A DNA stretch of 61,818 nt from Pseudomonas phage Itty13, in the sequence record MW460249.1; one strand, written 5' to 3'. The position numbers were made by a program, and so were the translations under genes. The stretch's first letter is position 1. Every line of letters begins with the position of its first letter. A model generated the notes under the pieces. That model was given only the letters and a program-made list of their open reading frames with translations. It searched no databases and was not told where the DNA came from. Below, piece by piece: positions 44,000 through 52,659 of this stretch.

Positions 44000-44583
44000 T
44001 CCTCGCCTCCGACAAAGCGTTGGCAAACGGCAATCGCAGCGCGCTCGGGAACACGGAAAAACTCACGCCCCGGCAGCCGATGAGCGGAAAGCTCCTCGTG
44101 GATCGCGCGCTCATGCGCTGCCGGAGTAGAGCTGTCGAATGCCTTCACCAGCTCGAACGGCATCGGAATAGAGGTGCTTTGCGATAGCTGGCGGATGCGC
44201 AGCTCCACCGTCTTGCGCGTGAACCCGATCTTCACGACGCCATGCAGCGCAGGATTTCGCAGGATGTAGATCAGTCCAGGCCCTTCGCCGATCAGGATCG
44301 GCTCACGCCGTGGCGAGCCATGAGCTTCCTCGCCCGGAGCAGGTGGAGCGCTCCAGTCGCCGAAACCGAGCTTTCGCCAGACGTAATTCTTGATGGCTCG
44401 AAGCTCTTGCTGCCTGCCGAAGCCATAGCCGGCAGCTATCGCGAGCCCATGCAGATCGTCCGCCACATCGTACTCGATGTTGCTATCGACCATGCCATCG
44501 ACGTGCAGGCGCTCCACGAAAGCATCTGCCAGGAGGACCGCCCCATCGGTGAGCATCGGAAAATCTTCGCGCCGCACCGTCAT
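43996..44583 (-). CDS. T5orf172 (MUG113)-domain protein (195 aa)
   Basis: C-terminal GLIYILRNPALHGVVKIGFTRKTVELRIRQLSQSTSIPMPFELVKAF...HEELSAHRLPGREFFRV matches the T5orf172 (GIY-YIG-like) pattern. ATG with RBS AAGGCGG. Confidence 0.55.
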   Translation of the reverse strand: MTVRREDFPMLTDGAVLLADAFVERLHVDGMVDSNIEYDVADDLHGLAIAAGYGFGRQQELRAIKNYVWRKLGFGDWSAPPAPGEEAHGSPRREPILIGEGPGLIYILRNPALHGVVKIGFTRKTVELRIRQLSQSTSIPMPFELVKAFDSSTPAAHERAIHEELSAHRLPGREFFRVPERAAIAVCQRFVGGEE

Positions 44584-44849
44584 ACAGCACCGCCTTGAGC
44601 GCCGCTGCGCACAAGCCAGTATTCCGCGACCCGGCACGGGCTACCGTTGCGGTTGCGCACCGTGATCATCTTCGTGTGGATGACATGCCCGCTCTGGCGA
44701 AGATCGCGCACGCGAGCAGCGAGCCGACCAACCCCGAACTCCCTCAGAGCGATGCTGGCGGTGATGGGTTTTCCGAGCTGGAGCCACGCGAGAATGCGGG
44801 CGCACTGGCTGTTGGTGGTGGGGTTATGCAAAGCGCCGTCGTGTGCCAT
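44580..44849 (-). CDS. Winged-helix/HTH DNA-binding regulator (89 aa)
   Basis: Strong RBS AAGGAGG then ATG. HTH-like segment IALREFGVGRLAARVRDLRQSGHVIHTK. Confidence 0.55.
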   Translation of the reverse strand: MAHDGALHNPTTNSQCARILAWLQLGKPITASIALREFGVGRLAARVRDLRQSGHVIHTKMITVRNRNGSPCRVAEYWLVRSGAQGGAV

Positions 44850-44877
44850 ATACTGGGCACCTCCTTGCGAGGACCCC

Positions 44878-44930
44878 CGATCAGGCTGGCAGGCCGCTGA
44901 AGATCGGGGGTTTTTTATTGGCCGTTCAGC
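44878..44930 (+). terminator. Terminator-like hairpin with a T-run on the plus strand, between two minus-strand genes
   Basis: GACCCCCGATC...GATCGGGGG followed by TTTTTTATT. The T-run follows the stem only on the plus strand. Confidence 0.35.
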
Positions 44931-44948
44931 TCGGCCTACTTCGTGTCG

Positions 44949-45692
44949 CTATTCTACCTGTGCCGTTTCGGAAACCGGAACATTGCCGGCAGCAGTCAGC
45001 CAGAACACCAGCAGATGGCGCACGCCCGCCTCGACGGCGCGGCCACGGTGCTGGATGTGCTTGCCGTCGAAGACCAGGGCGTAGCCCTTGGGCAGCGGCG
45101 GGACGCTCAAATAGTCCACCGGGCTCATGCGCACGTCGGTGCCGCCGCCCAGGTGCAGCTCGGGCGCAAGGCTGACCACGGCGGTCAGGTCGCTGTCGCG
45201 GTCGTGGTGCCAGTTGCCGTGCGCGGTGCCGTTCGGCTCGTACTTGGCGAACTGAATGGAAGCGATACCGCGCGCCTCGATCTGGTAGATCAGCAGGAAC
45301 CAGACGTTCAGGAAGCTGATCAGCTCCACCACCTCGGCATGCAGCTCGGGTGCTACGTGCGCCAGCACCAGCTCGGGTATCTGGTACGGCGACTCCTCCT
45401 CGGGGTTCGGCCGGTGGCCGACCTCCTTGCCCAGGCGCTCGGCGTGGGCGACCAGCTCGTCGCAGTAGGCCGGATCGAGGAGAGGCAGGCCGAAGGCGGA
45501 GCCGGCGAGACCGGTGACGCGGTTGCTCAGCAGCAGGTCGCGCGCCCAGGTCCAGGCGGCCAGCCAGTCGCTATCCTCCTCGATCAGCTCGGTCAGGCGC
45601 TCGGGATCGTCCGTCACCTCCTTGGCGCAGGTGATGATCTCCAGCAGCGCCGGCAGATGGGTGCGTAGGTCGGGGTGCAATCGGTGAATCAT
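44949..45692 (-). CDS. 2OG-Fe(II) oxygenase superfamily protein (247 aa)
   Basis: ATG at 45692 with RBS GAAGGA. HxD...H iron-binding motif (GNWHHDRDSD...HIQHRG). An operator motif lies 20 nt upstream. Confidence 0.6.
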   Translation of the reverse strand: MIHRLHPDLRTHLPALLEIITCAKEVTDDPERLTELIEEDSDWLAAWTWARDLLLSNRVTGLAGSAFGLPLLDPAYCDELVAHAERLGKEVGHRPNPEEESPYQIPELVLAHVAPELHAEVVELISFLNVWFLLIYQIEARGIASIQFAKYEPNGTAHGNWHHDRDSDLTAVVSLAPELHLGGGTDVRMSPVDYLSVPPLPKGYALVFDGKHIQHRGRAVEAGVRHLLVFWLTAAGNVPVSETAQVE

Positions 45693-46156
45693 TGTTCTGC
45701 ATCCTTCTGTATTGTTTCGATTTCCGCAACACTCAGGCCGCGAGAAAAGTCCTCCAGCCTGAAGCCGCCGCCATCCTTCTTGGCCTGCTTGACCGCCTTG
45801 AAGAAGCCGAACCAGGGCATCAGCTCGGCGACCAGCTTGATCTTCATCTGGCCCTTTTCGGAGGTGAAGCCGCCCTTGGTCTCGTGGATCGCCAGCGACT
45901 GGTCGGCATGCAGGACCAGGAAGTCCACCTCGTAGTAGGTGTTGTCCGCCAGCCTGATGCGCATGGGGTGGAACTTGTAGTCGATGATCTCGCCGGCGGC
46001 CTTCTGCTGGTCCAGCAGGTCGGCATACTCGCGCTCGGTCTTGTTCATCGTGCCCCTGGGCAGGCGACCGAGGGCCTGCCATCGCTTATGGCCGGAGGGG
46101 GGCCGGGACCGGCCCTTCAGCTTGGCGAACTCTGCTTCGGAGAGGCGAGCGCTCAT
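45689..46156 (-). CDS. DUF1064-family phage protein (155 aa)
   Basis: ATG at 46156 with RBS GGGGAGGA. Pattern IIDYKFHPMRIRLADNTYYEVDFLVLHADQSLAIHETKGG...KIKLVAELMPWF matches the DUF1064 signature. Confidence 0.5.
   Translation of the reverse strand: MSARLSEAEFAKLKGRSRPPSGHKRWQALGRLPRGTMNKTEREYADLLDQQKAAGEIIDYKFHPMRIRLADNTYYEVDFLVLHADQSLAIHETKGGFTSEKGQMKIKLVAELMPWFGFFKAVKQAKKDGGGFRLEDFSRGLSVAEIETIQKDAEQ
45708..45732 (-). promoter_or_regulatory. Operator motif (GTGTTGCGGAAATCGAAACAATAC)
   Basis: About 20 nt upstream of the oxygenase ATG. Nearly identical to the site at ~31150. Confidence 0.4.
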
Positions 46157-46950
46157 GTCACGATCCTCCCCGGCGCCGATTCCAGGCGATCCTGCCAGCG
46201 GCCGACGACCTCGCCGGAGTTGAACTCTTGGTAGATGCCGCGCGCATACCAGACGTTGCCGCTGATGGCCGGCTTGTTCTTCCAGAAGCGCCATACTCCG
46301 TCCTTGTCCTGGGTCAGCCACATGGCCCAGTGCGGGGCGTCATCCCACGACGGTTTCCCGGTCGGATCGACGAGGCCGTCAGTGATCGGAAGCTCCTGCT
46401 TTTCCGCGACCTTCACGGGGCTGTAGGCAGGAGCCTGCTCGGGCTCGTTGCCGGCGGTGCAGCGGTGCAGCGGATGGCCCTGGCCGCAACCGCTACAGAC
46501 GTGGCGCGGGCGCTCGGGCTCCTGCTCCTCGTAGTGCTCGCCGGTGTTGCCGTTCTGGCCGATGATGTCGGCGCGGGCCTCATCGAAAGCGTTGAACGCA
46601 TTCACGTTGGCAACGACAACGGGATCAACCCCGGTCCCGGTGATGGCGGTCCTGGGACAGTGCTCACCGCCCCCAAGCCCGCAAGGGCCGTCGAAGACTG
46701 CGCCGCATGCGTCACACGGCGGGCAAGCGGTAGCAACATCCTCGCCGCGCATAGCCTTCCAGCGCTCCAGGGTATCGACGGCCTCCTGCACGTCCTGGCT
46801 GATGTCTTTGGCTCCCCGGCCACCGGCCACCAGAAGTTTCTTGATGGCGTGCTGGAGGCACGGGTCGGTCACTTCGAACAGGCGCAGCACGCGGTACACG
46901 TCGATGTGCGTCAGGCCGGTAACGGGCTTGAAGTAATGGCTGTGCTTCAC
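46153..46950 (-). CDS. Hypothetical Cys-rich protein (265 aa, GTG start)
   Basis: RBS GAGGAAAGG then GTG. Several CxxC pairs (CPPCDACG, CSGCGQG). Confidence 0.5.
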   Translation of the reverse strand: MKHSHYFKPVTGLTHIDVYRVLRLFEVTDPCLQHAIKKLLVAGGRGAKDISQDVQEAVDTLERWKAMRGEDVATACPPCDACGAVFDGPCGLGGGEHCPRTAITGTGVDPVVVANVNAFNAFDEARADIIGQNGNTGEHYEEQEPERPRHVCSGCGQGHPLHRCTAGNEPEQAPAYSPVKVAEKQELPITDGLVDPTGKPSWDDAPHWAMWLTQDKDGVWRFWKNKPAISGNVWYARGIYQEFNSGEVVGRWQDRLESAPGRIVT

Positions 46951-46963
46951 GTCCTTTCCTCGA

Positions 46964-47275
46964 TCAGCGGGCTTTCATGCCCTTGATGGTGATGATGCCG
47001 GCGTCGATCCGGCGCTCTTGGGTTTCAGCGACGGCACGGAGCATGTCGCGCCAGTCGATCTCGACGCCGGCGACCCGGCCGTCGATCACGTCATGGCAGG
47101 CGGAGCACGCATCGACGGCGACCGTATCGAAGCCCTTCATGCCGGTGCCCTTCTGCCCACAGGGCAGGTGCGCCAGCACGGTTGTCTCTGGATTGAAGTT
47201 GCACACGCCCGGAAAGCGGACGGTGCAGTCCTGGCCGCGCGCGAAGTCGCGGTATTTCTGGCTCTCAACTCTCAT
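46964..47275 (-). CDS. DUF1364 (YbcO-like putative nuclease) protein (103 aa)
   Basis: Pattern RDFARGQDCTVRFPGVCNFNPETTVLAHL...CSACHDVIDGR resembles the YbcO/DUF1364 family of lambdoid prophages. Confidence 0.5.
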   Translation of the reverse strand: MRVESQKYRDFARGQDCTVRFPGVCNFNPETTVLAHLPCGQKGTGMKGFDTVAVDACSACHDVIDGRVAGVEIDWRDMLRAVAETQERRIDAGIITIKGMKAR

Positions 47276-47778
47276 GCGAATGCCAATATGTCATCGACCA
47301 TCTTCCGTAGCTGCTCCTCGGACACGGACATCCTGAAGACCTTCTTGAGCGCCACGTTGATGAAGTCGGAGTAGATTTGCTGCTGCTCCTCCTCCGAGCA
47401 GTTCGCCCAGGACCAAGACTTCGCCTCCAGGCGGACGCGACCGTTGATGTCGTAGGTCGCGTCGTAGTGGCCTGCCAGGATCGTCATATCCTTGCGGAAC
47501 CGCTCGAATGAGGGCTGCGCCTTCATGCCCTTGTACTCAAGGCCGGTGTCGTACTGCTCGACGAAGTAGTCGAAACACACGCGGGCCAGGGCGAACATCT
47601 TCTTGAAGAACTTGTAATTCCGTGGCCGCGTGATCTCGGCGGCCAGGGCCTCGCCGTTCTTCACCTTCTGGAGCCATTCGGCGGTCTCGTCGTTGTCAGG
47701 GACGAGCACGCCCCCTTGGACCTTACGAACGTAGAGTTTCACCTTTCTCCCATCCATTCCGGTGGCGCTGCCGTTCAT
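47272..47778 (-). CDS. DUF1367 (YbcN-like) protein (168 aa)
   Basis: The family that sits next to DUF1364 in DLP12-like prophages. Composition and adjacency support the call. Confidence 0.45.
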   Translation of the reverse strand: MNGSATGMDGRKVKLYVRKVQGGVLVPDNDETAEWLQKVKNGEALAAEITRPRNYKFFKKMFALARVCFDYFVEQYDTGLEYKGMKAQPSFERFRKDMTILAGHYDATYDINGRVRLEAKSWSWANCSEEEQQQIYSDFINVALKKVFRMSVSEEQLRKMVDDILAFA

Positions 47779-47846
47779 CCAGCATGCGCCCGAAGTATCC
47801 GAGGACCGCGCCGATCACGATGCCGGCCAAGAGCATTCCAGTCATT

Positions 47847-48749
47847 TCAGACCCCTGTAGGTAATTCTTCACCGCCGAGCGCTTCGGTAAGCGCGGCGAT
47901 CAATTCGTAGAGCGAGCCGGCCGCGATTGCCAGAGATGCGACCAACTGTCCGTGGGCATCTTCGCCGCCGTCCTTCTCGGCCTGCTCTTGCAGCAGGTCC
48001 TCGAACCGGAGGCGCTTGATCGCCAGCTTGTCGTCCAGCACGAACGAGAGCTTGTCGCCCCAGGCCATCGACAGCTTCGTCACCAGCTTGCCGGCTGTCA
48101 GGTGCAACTGGGTTTCCTCGCTGGTCAGGTCCTGGCGCTTGCAGCGGACGATGCCGCCGTCCTCGTGGGTGTCGCGCAGGTCGCATTCGTCGAGGAGGTG
48201 GAAGTCGCCCGGCGCCTCCTGGGTCTTCACCCAGTCGGTCATGCTGGCGGTCGGCGCGACCTTCACGGCCAGCGGCCGCACCGGCAGGGAGCCCAGGGCT
48301 TCGCGCAGGGTAGACAGCAGGTCCTCGGCGTGGCGCGCGCTGGTGGCGTCCACGATGATGAACTCCTCGCCGAGGATGGCGAAGGTCGCCTTGTGGCGCA
48401 GGAACGCGCGCGGCAGCAGGTTCAGAACGATCTCGTCTTTGAGCTGGTCCTTCTCCTTCTTGTAGACCTTGCGCATCTGCTGCTCTTCGATCTCGGCGAC
48501 CTTCTTCGCCAGCTCCTCGCGGACCACGGCGCCGGGCAGGATGCGCTCGGTCTTCTTGGCGGCGATCAGCATCGCGCCATCGACGTGCTGCACCAGCTCA
48601 GAGCCGAACGGCGGGACAAAGCCGTAGGTCGTCAGCTCCTGGGATGCCGGCTCGCGGTGCGGCTTGGTGGCCAGGGCCTCGGCCAGGGCGTCGGGCTTCA
48701 GGTCGATGTGCTGGGCGAAGCGGTAGATCAGTGCGTTACGGAAGAACAT
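47847..48749 (-). CDS. rdgC-like: RdgC-like recombination-associated protein (300 aa)
   Basis: N-terminus [11 protein letters not shown] matches the RdgC signature (MxFKNxxVYR); the length also fits. Confidence 0.6.
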   Translation of the reverse strand: MFFRNALIYRFAQHIDLKPDALAEALATKPHREPASQELTTYGFVPPFGSELVQHVDGAMLIAAKKTERILPGAVVREELAKKVAEIEEQQMRKVYKKEKDQLKDEIVLNLLPRAFLRHKATFAILGEEFIIVDATSARHAEDLLSTLREALGSLPVRPLAVKVAPTASMTDWVKTQEAPGDFHLLDECDLRDTHEDGGIVRCKRQDLTSEETQLHLTAGKLVTKLSMAWGDKLSFVLDDKLAIKRLRFEDLLQEQAEKDGGEDAHGQLVASLAIAAGSLYELIAALTEALGGEELPTGV

Positions 48750-48765
48750 GGGGCTTTCCTCTTGG

Positions 48766-49221
48766 TTATTGGGCCTTGCGGCCGGGGGTGGTGGTGAAGC
48801 TGATGCTGTGCTCGCGGGCGATCCGCTTCAGGTGATTCCGGCTGATGCCGAGCGCCCTGGCGGTTTCCGTGATGGTGTCGCCGAGCCCGGCATGGATCGC
48901 CACTTTCGCGGACAGGACCTCGCGCTCGCGGCGGCGCATCTCGCTTTTCACGGCATGCGCTTTCTTCAGCGCCTCCGGGTTGCCCTGGGATGGAGCGCGG
49001 CGCGCCGGCGCCTTCCTGCGGGGACGCGGCCGATCCTCTTTCGACTGCGGGTTGATGGTGAAGACGCGAGCCATCCGGTCACGGCCTTCGCCCAGGTCAG
49101 CGCAGGCGCCGGAGGAGAACTCCTTCACGGCATTGCCAGCGGCCAGGAAACGCTCAGTTGCGGCGGCGATCATCGCGCGGTCGGCCTCGCGTTGGTCGAT
49201 GTGGCTACGGGAGAGGAGCAT
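48766..49221 (-). CDS. DNA-binding protein with C-terminal Fis-type HTH (151 aa)
   Basis: C-terminus [29 protein letters not shown] resembles HTH_8/Fis. Confidence 0.45.
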   Translation of the reverse strand: MLLSRSHIDQREADRAMIAAATERFLAAGNAVKEFSSGACADLGEGRDRMARVFTINPQSKEDRPRPRRKAPARRAPSQGNPEALKKAHAVKSEMRRREREVLSAKVAIHAGLGDTITETARALGISRNHLKRIAREHSISFTTTPGRKAQ

Positions 49222-49600
49222 TCATCGTCTCCTTCGCGCGGTTGAGCAGGACGGCCGCCTCGTCGATCAGGCTGGAGGCGGCATCCATCTGGCGGCGTGC
49301 GCGCCGCGCCGGGGCGGCCACCTTCGCCAGTTCCTTGACCTCGCGGTCATTGATGTCCGTAGGGATGCCGAGCACGTAATGGAGGAACAGCAGTCGGCGA
49401 ACTGCCGCCGGTATCGGCGTTTTGCCTGTTTCGTATGCGCATCCGCGCGAGCCGGAAACGCAAACGGCTCCCCAAAACTCTTTCTGCGTCAGCTTCAGCT
49501 TCGTGCGAAGCTCCAGGGACGCCACCCCGTTGATGTCATTTTCGTTTTTGATTTCCACTTTCCCACCTGGGTGTCGATGATTCCGGGACAATGTTTGCAT
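49205..49600 (-). CDS. Cro/CII-like HTH regulator, divergent from the repressor (131 aa; alternative GTG start near 49558)
   Basis: HTH segment LRTKLKLTQKEFWGAVCVSGSRGCAYETGKTPIPAAVRRLL. The ATG at 49600 lies inside an operator motif. The downstream GTG has RBS GGTGGG. Confidence 0.5.
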   Translation of the reverse strand: MQTLSRNHRHPGGKVEIKNENDINGVASLELRTKLKLTQKEFWGAVCVSGSRGCAYETGKTPIPAAVRRLLFLHYVLGIPTDINDREVKELAKVAAPARRARRQMDAASSLIDEAAVLLNRAKETMNAPLP

Positions 49601-49680
49601 AATCGAAACGCCGATTCAAGAAAAGCAATTGCGAAATCGAAACAGGCGGTGCATAAGGGGCTCAGATTCTGGAGTGCAGT
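49560..49680. promoter_or_regulatory. Divergent immunity-region operator/promoter (two operator motifs: TTTGCATAATCGAAACGCC and TTGCGAAATCGAAACAGGCGG)
   Basis: Intergenic region between the Cro/CII-like gene (minus) and the CI-like gene (plus). A TTGCGA-17nt-CATAAG sigma70-like spacing is present. Confidence 0.5.
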
Positions 49681-50256
49681 ATGGTGAACAAGGCTTTCTT
49701 CGACGATCTGCTCGTCAGCAAGGGCATGTCGCTCCGCCAGTTGGCGAAGCGCATGGATGTCCTGCCGTCGCAGCTCTCGCTGACCTTCAACGGGAAGCGC
49801 CGCATGCAGATGGCCGAGGCTGTGCGCATATCGCAGCTCCTTGGCGCCCCACTCAACGAGGTCATGGCGGCGGCCGGCATCGTCGAGGCTACCGCTCGTC
49901 GCTGCAAGGTGGTCGGAGTGCTCAACGGCAACGGCTTCATCACGGAGGTGGAGAAGGACTCCATCGAGCGCGTGATGGTGCCAGACGGGATGCCGTCAGA
50001 GGTTTTCGCAGTCCAGGCCCGCACCGCCGAAAGCCCGCTCGGCTTCATGGATGGGTGGGTGATGTTCTGCAATGGCGAGCACGCCCCCGAGGAGCTTCTG
50101 GATCGGTATTGCGTAGTGAGGCTCGCCGACGGTCGGCAGCTCCCGGCAACCATCAGGCGCGGATACACTCCTGGGACCTTCAATCTCTTCGGCATCAATA
50201 CCCTGCTCAACGAGCGCGTGGCCTCTGCCTCGCCGGTCCTCATAACCCGCCACTGA
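49681..50256 (+). CDS. CI-like repressor (N-terminal HTH, C-terminal oligomerisation-type domain, 191 aa)
   Basis: N-terminal HTH MSLRQLAKRMDVLPSQLSLTFNGKRRMQMAEAVRISQLLGAPLNEV. Arranged divergently from the Cro-like gene. Confidence 0.55.
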   Translation: MVNKAFFDDLLVSKGMSLRQLAKRMDVLPSQLSLTFNGKRRMQMAEAVRISQLLGAPLNEVMAAAGIVEATARRCKVVGVLNGNGFITEVEKDSIERVMVPDGMPSEVFAVQARTAESPLGFMDGWVMFCNGEHAPEELLDRYCVVRLADGRQLPATIRRGYTPGTFNLFGINTLLNERVASASPVLITRH

Positions 50257-50296
50257 ATCAGCAAAGCGCACTCGATGCGCTTTCTATTTGCCAAAG

Positions 50297-50385
50297 GTGT
50301 TTGCAAAACGCAAACAGGTTGATCTACTATCGGAACGACGGCGCAAGACGCGCCCCAAATCAACCGACAATCCGAGGCAATCCCC
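50297..50385 (+). promoter_or_regulatory. erf promoter/leader: GTGTTTGCAAAACGCAAACAGG plus -10 TACTAT plus conserved leader TATCGGAACGACGGCGCAAGACGCGC
   Basis: TTGCAA-18nt-TACTAT spacing. The leader is shared with the capsid upstream region. Confidence 0.5.
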
Positions 50386-50386
50386 G

Positions 50387-51124
50387 ATGGAAGAAAACGC
50401 CGTTCCGGCGCGCGATCCCATGCCCGCGCTCTATGCTGCCCTGGCGAAAGCTCAAGGCGAGTTCAAGCCAATCGCCAAGAACCGCGATGTCACCATTCGC
50501 GGCCGCAACAAGCACACCCAGCAGGAAACCTCCTACCAGTTCCGCTATGCCGATCTGGAGACCATTCTGGCCGCCACCCGTCCGGCACTCGCCGCAAACG
50601 GTCTGGCCCTAGTGCAGCCGATCCGCGAGGACAACGGCGGCGTCTACCTCGACACGATGCTGATGCACTCCGATGGCGGCGTCATCACGTCGTCGATCCC
50701 GCTGCACGATCCGGTAGCCATGGCCGACCTGAAGCACTACGGCGCCGAAATCAGCTACCTGCGCCGCTATGCCGTGACCGCGATCCTCGGCGTCTCCGCC
50801 GATGACGATCTCGACGAGGACGGCCAGCAGCCGGAAGACGAGCCGGCCGGCAAGAGCAAGCCGCGCAGCCCGCGCAGTCCGCGCACCAACAAGCCGGGGC
50901 AGAAGCAGGCGCCGGCGCAGCAGCAGGTCGAGCAGCAGCCGGCCAACCCCGAGGCGCCGGCCGGTAGCGCAGGCCTGACCGATGGCATGATCAAGATGCT
51001 CCAGACGAAGCTGGCCGCCGCCGACAAGAGCGTCGAGGCGCTGCTGGAGCACTTCGGCGTCGCCGCGCTCGAAGACATCCCGCGCTCGCTCGTCAACGAC
51101 GCGATGGACTGGATCAAGTCGTGA
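50387..51124 (+). CDS. erf: ERF-family single-strand annealing recombinase (245 aa)
   Basis: ATG at 50387 with RBS GAGG. Pattern AKAQGEFKPIAKNRDVTI...YQFRYADLETILAATRPALAANGLALVQ matches the ERF core. A conserved promoter/leader lies upstream. Confidence 0.6.
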   Translation: MEENAVPARDPMPALYAALAKAQGEFKPIAKNRDVTIRGRNKHTQQETSYQFRYADLETILAATRPALAANGLALVQPIREDNGGVYLDTMLMHSDGGVITSSIPLHDPVAMADLKHYGAEISYLRRYAVTAILGVSADDDLDEDGQQPEDEPAGKSKPRSPRSPRTNKPGQKQAPAQQQVEQQPANPEAPAGSAGLTDGMIKMLQTKLAAADKSVEALLEHFGVAALEDIPRSLVNDAMDWIKS

Positions 51125-51705
51125 GCGGCCTGACGTTCGACGCCGTAAGCCACACCTACCGGCTGGACGGCAAGGTCATTCCCGGCGTCACCACGATCCT
51201 GAAGCCGCTGAATGACCTCAGCCACATCCCGCCGGAGGTACTGGCCCGCAAGGCAGCGCTCGGCACGGCCGTGCATACCGCCTGCGAGCAGGTCAACCAC
51301 GGAACGCTCGACTACGACGCGCTCGACGACGAGGCGCGCCCGTATGTGGACCAGTACCTGCTGTTTCTGGAGCAGAGCGGTTTCGAGGTTGTCCTGACCG
51401 AGCGTCGCGTCCTCAGCCGCAAGTATCGCTTCGCCGGCACCCTCGATCTGTGGGGCTACCTGAACGGGCGAACCACGCTCGCGGACATCAAGACCACGGC
51501 CGACGTGTACCCCGTGATGGGCTTGCAGACGGCCGCCTATGACCTCGCCCTGGAGGAGCAGGACGGGCTGAAAACCGATGACCGGGTGATCCTCCGCCTG
51601 GGCACCGATCAATACCGCTTTGAACCCATGACCGCCCGAGACGACCGCTCGGTCTTCCTCGCGGCCCTTACTTGCCACCATTGGAGACTCCGCAATGGCA
51701 ACTGA
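51121..51705 (+). CDS. PD-(D/E)XK-fold nuclease (recombination exonuclease partner of ERF, 194 aa)
   Basis: Motifs ...FAGTLDLWGY...LADIKTT... fit D...D/ExK. Start overlaps the ERF stop. Confidence 0.5.
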   Translation: MSGLTFDAVSHTYRLDGKVIPGVTTILKPLNDLSHIPPEVLARKAALGTAVHTACEQVNHGTLDYDALDDEARPYVDQYLLFLEQSGFEVVLTERRVLSRKYRFAGTLDLWGYLNGRTTLADIKTTADVYPVMGLQTAAYDLALEEQDGLKTDDRVILRLGTDQYRFEPMTARDDRSVFLAALTCHHWRLRNGN

Positions 51706-52408
51706 AATCAAGCTCCCCGCCATCATCACCGACAGCAAAGAGGCCATGGCCGCCGAGAAGGAGGCCATCAACTGGGAACAGGTGGCGAAGTCCTACGTCA
51801 TCGACTCCCCGGAGATGGCCGAGGCCGCCGCCGAGGACCTGAAGTCGATCAAGGCCAAGGCCAAGGACCTCGACAACCTGCGCACCACTCTGAAGAAGCC
51901 GAGCCTGGAAGAAGGCCGCGCCATCGACAAGCACTTCAAGCGGCCGCTCGACTTCCTGGCGAACGCCGAGAAGGTGCTGAAAGGCGCCATTGTGAACTTC
52001 CAGGCGGCCGAGCAGCGCCGCATCGAAGAAGAGCAGCGCCGGATCAACGCCGAGGCAGAGGCCGAGCGCCAGCGCCAGGAGGAGGAGCGCCAGGAGCGCA
52101 TCGCCGAGGCCGAGGCCGCCGGCGACCACGAAGCCGCCGCCGCGATCAGCGAGGAGCTGACCTTCGCGCCCGTCGTTCCCCAGGCCGAGCAGACCAAGCT
52201 CTCCGGCATCAGCACCCGCTCGGTCTGGAAAGGCCGCGTGACCGACAAGATGGCGCTGATCAAGGCCGTGGCCGAGGGCCGCGCCGACATGGCGCTCCTC
52301 GAAGTCAATCAGCAGGTCCTCGACGGGCTGGCGAAGGCGCTGAAGGGCAGCCTGAGCATTCCGGGCTGCGAGCCCTTCGAGGACAAGAGCGTGAGCGTCC
52401 GCGTATGA
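51695..52408 (+). CDS. Hypothetical coiled-coil protein, possibly Sipho_Gp157-like (237 aa)
   Basis: Central E/R/Q-rich coiled coil. Sits in the recombination module. Confidence 0.4.
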   Translation: MATEIKLPAIITDSKEAMAAEKEAINWEQVAKSYVIDSPEMAEAAAEDLKSIKAKAKDLDNLRTTLKKPSLEEGRAIDKHFKRPLDFLANAEKVLKGAIVNFQAAEQRRIEEEQRRINAEAEAERQRQEEERQERIAEAEAAGDHEAAAAISEELTFAPVVPQAEQTKLSGISTRSVWKGRVTDKMALIKAVAEGRADMALLEVNQQVLDGLAKALKGSLSIPGCEPFEDKSVSVRV

Positions 52409-52659
52409 CCGACGACCGCATGATCTCCGAGCAGGAGCTTGCGGTGCGCTGGGGCAAATCGGAGCGCACGATCAAGCGCTGGCGCAAGGAAGGAGGCGGC
52501 AAGGTGCCGCCCTCCTATCCGCTCGGGAAGAAAGGGGGCTTCGGCCAGGGCGTGAAATACCGCCTGTCCGAGGTGATCGAGTTTGAAGACCGCCAGAAGC
52601 AGGGAGCGCAATGCGAATCCACTGCCGATGCCGCAAGTGCGGCGCCCGAAAAACCCTGA
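52405..52659 (+). CDS. Small HTH DNA-binding protein (HTH_17/excisionase-like, 84 aa)
   Basis: ISEQELAVRWGKSERTIKRWRKEG is a typical HTH_17/MerR-like segment. Confidence 0.5.
   Translation: MTDDRMISEQELAVRWGKSERTIKRWRKEGGGKVPPSYPLGKKGGFGQGVKYRLSEVIEFEDRQKQGAQCESTADAASAAPEKP

Noticed and set aside
49630-49660. Sigma-54 type promoter interpretation of the TTGC-containing motif
   Set aside because: The motif lacks the GG-N10-GC spacing and is palindromic. It is better explained as an operator overlapping sigma70-like -35/-10 elements.
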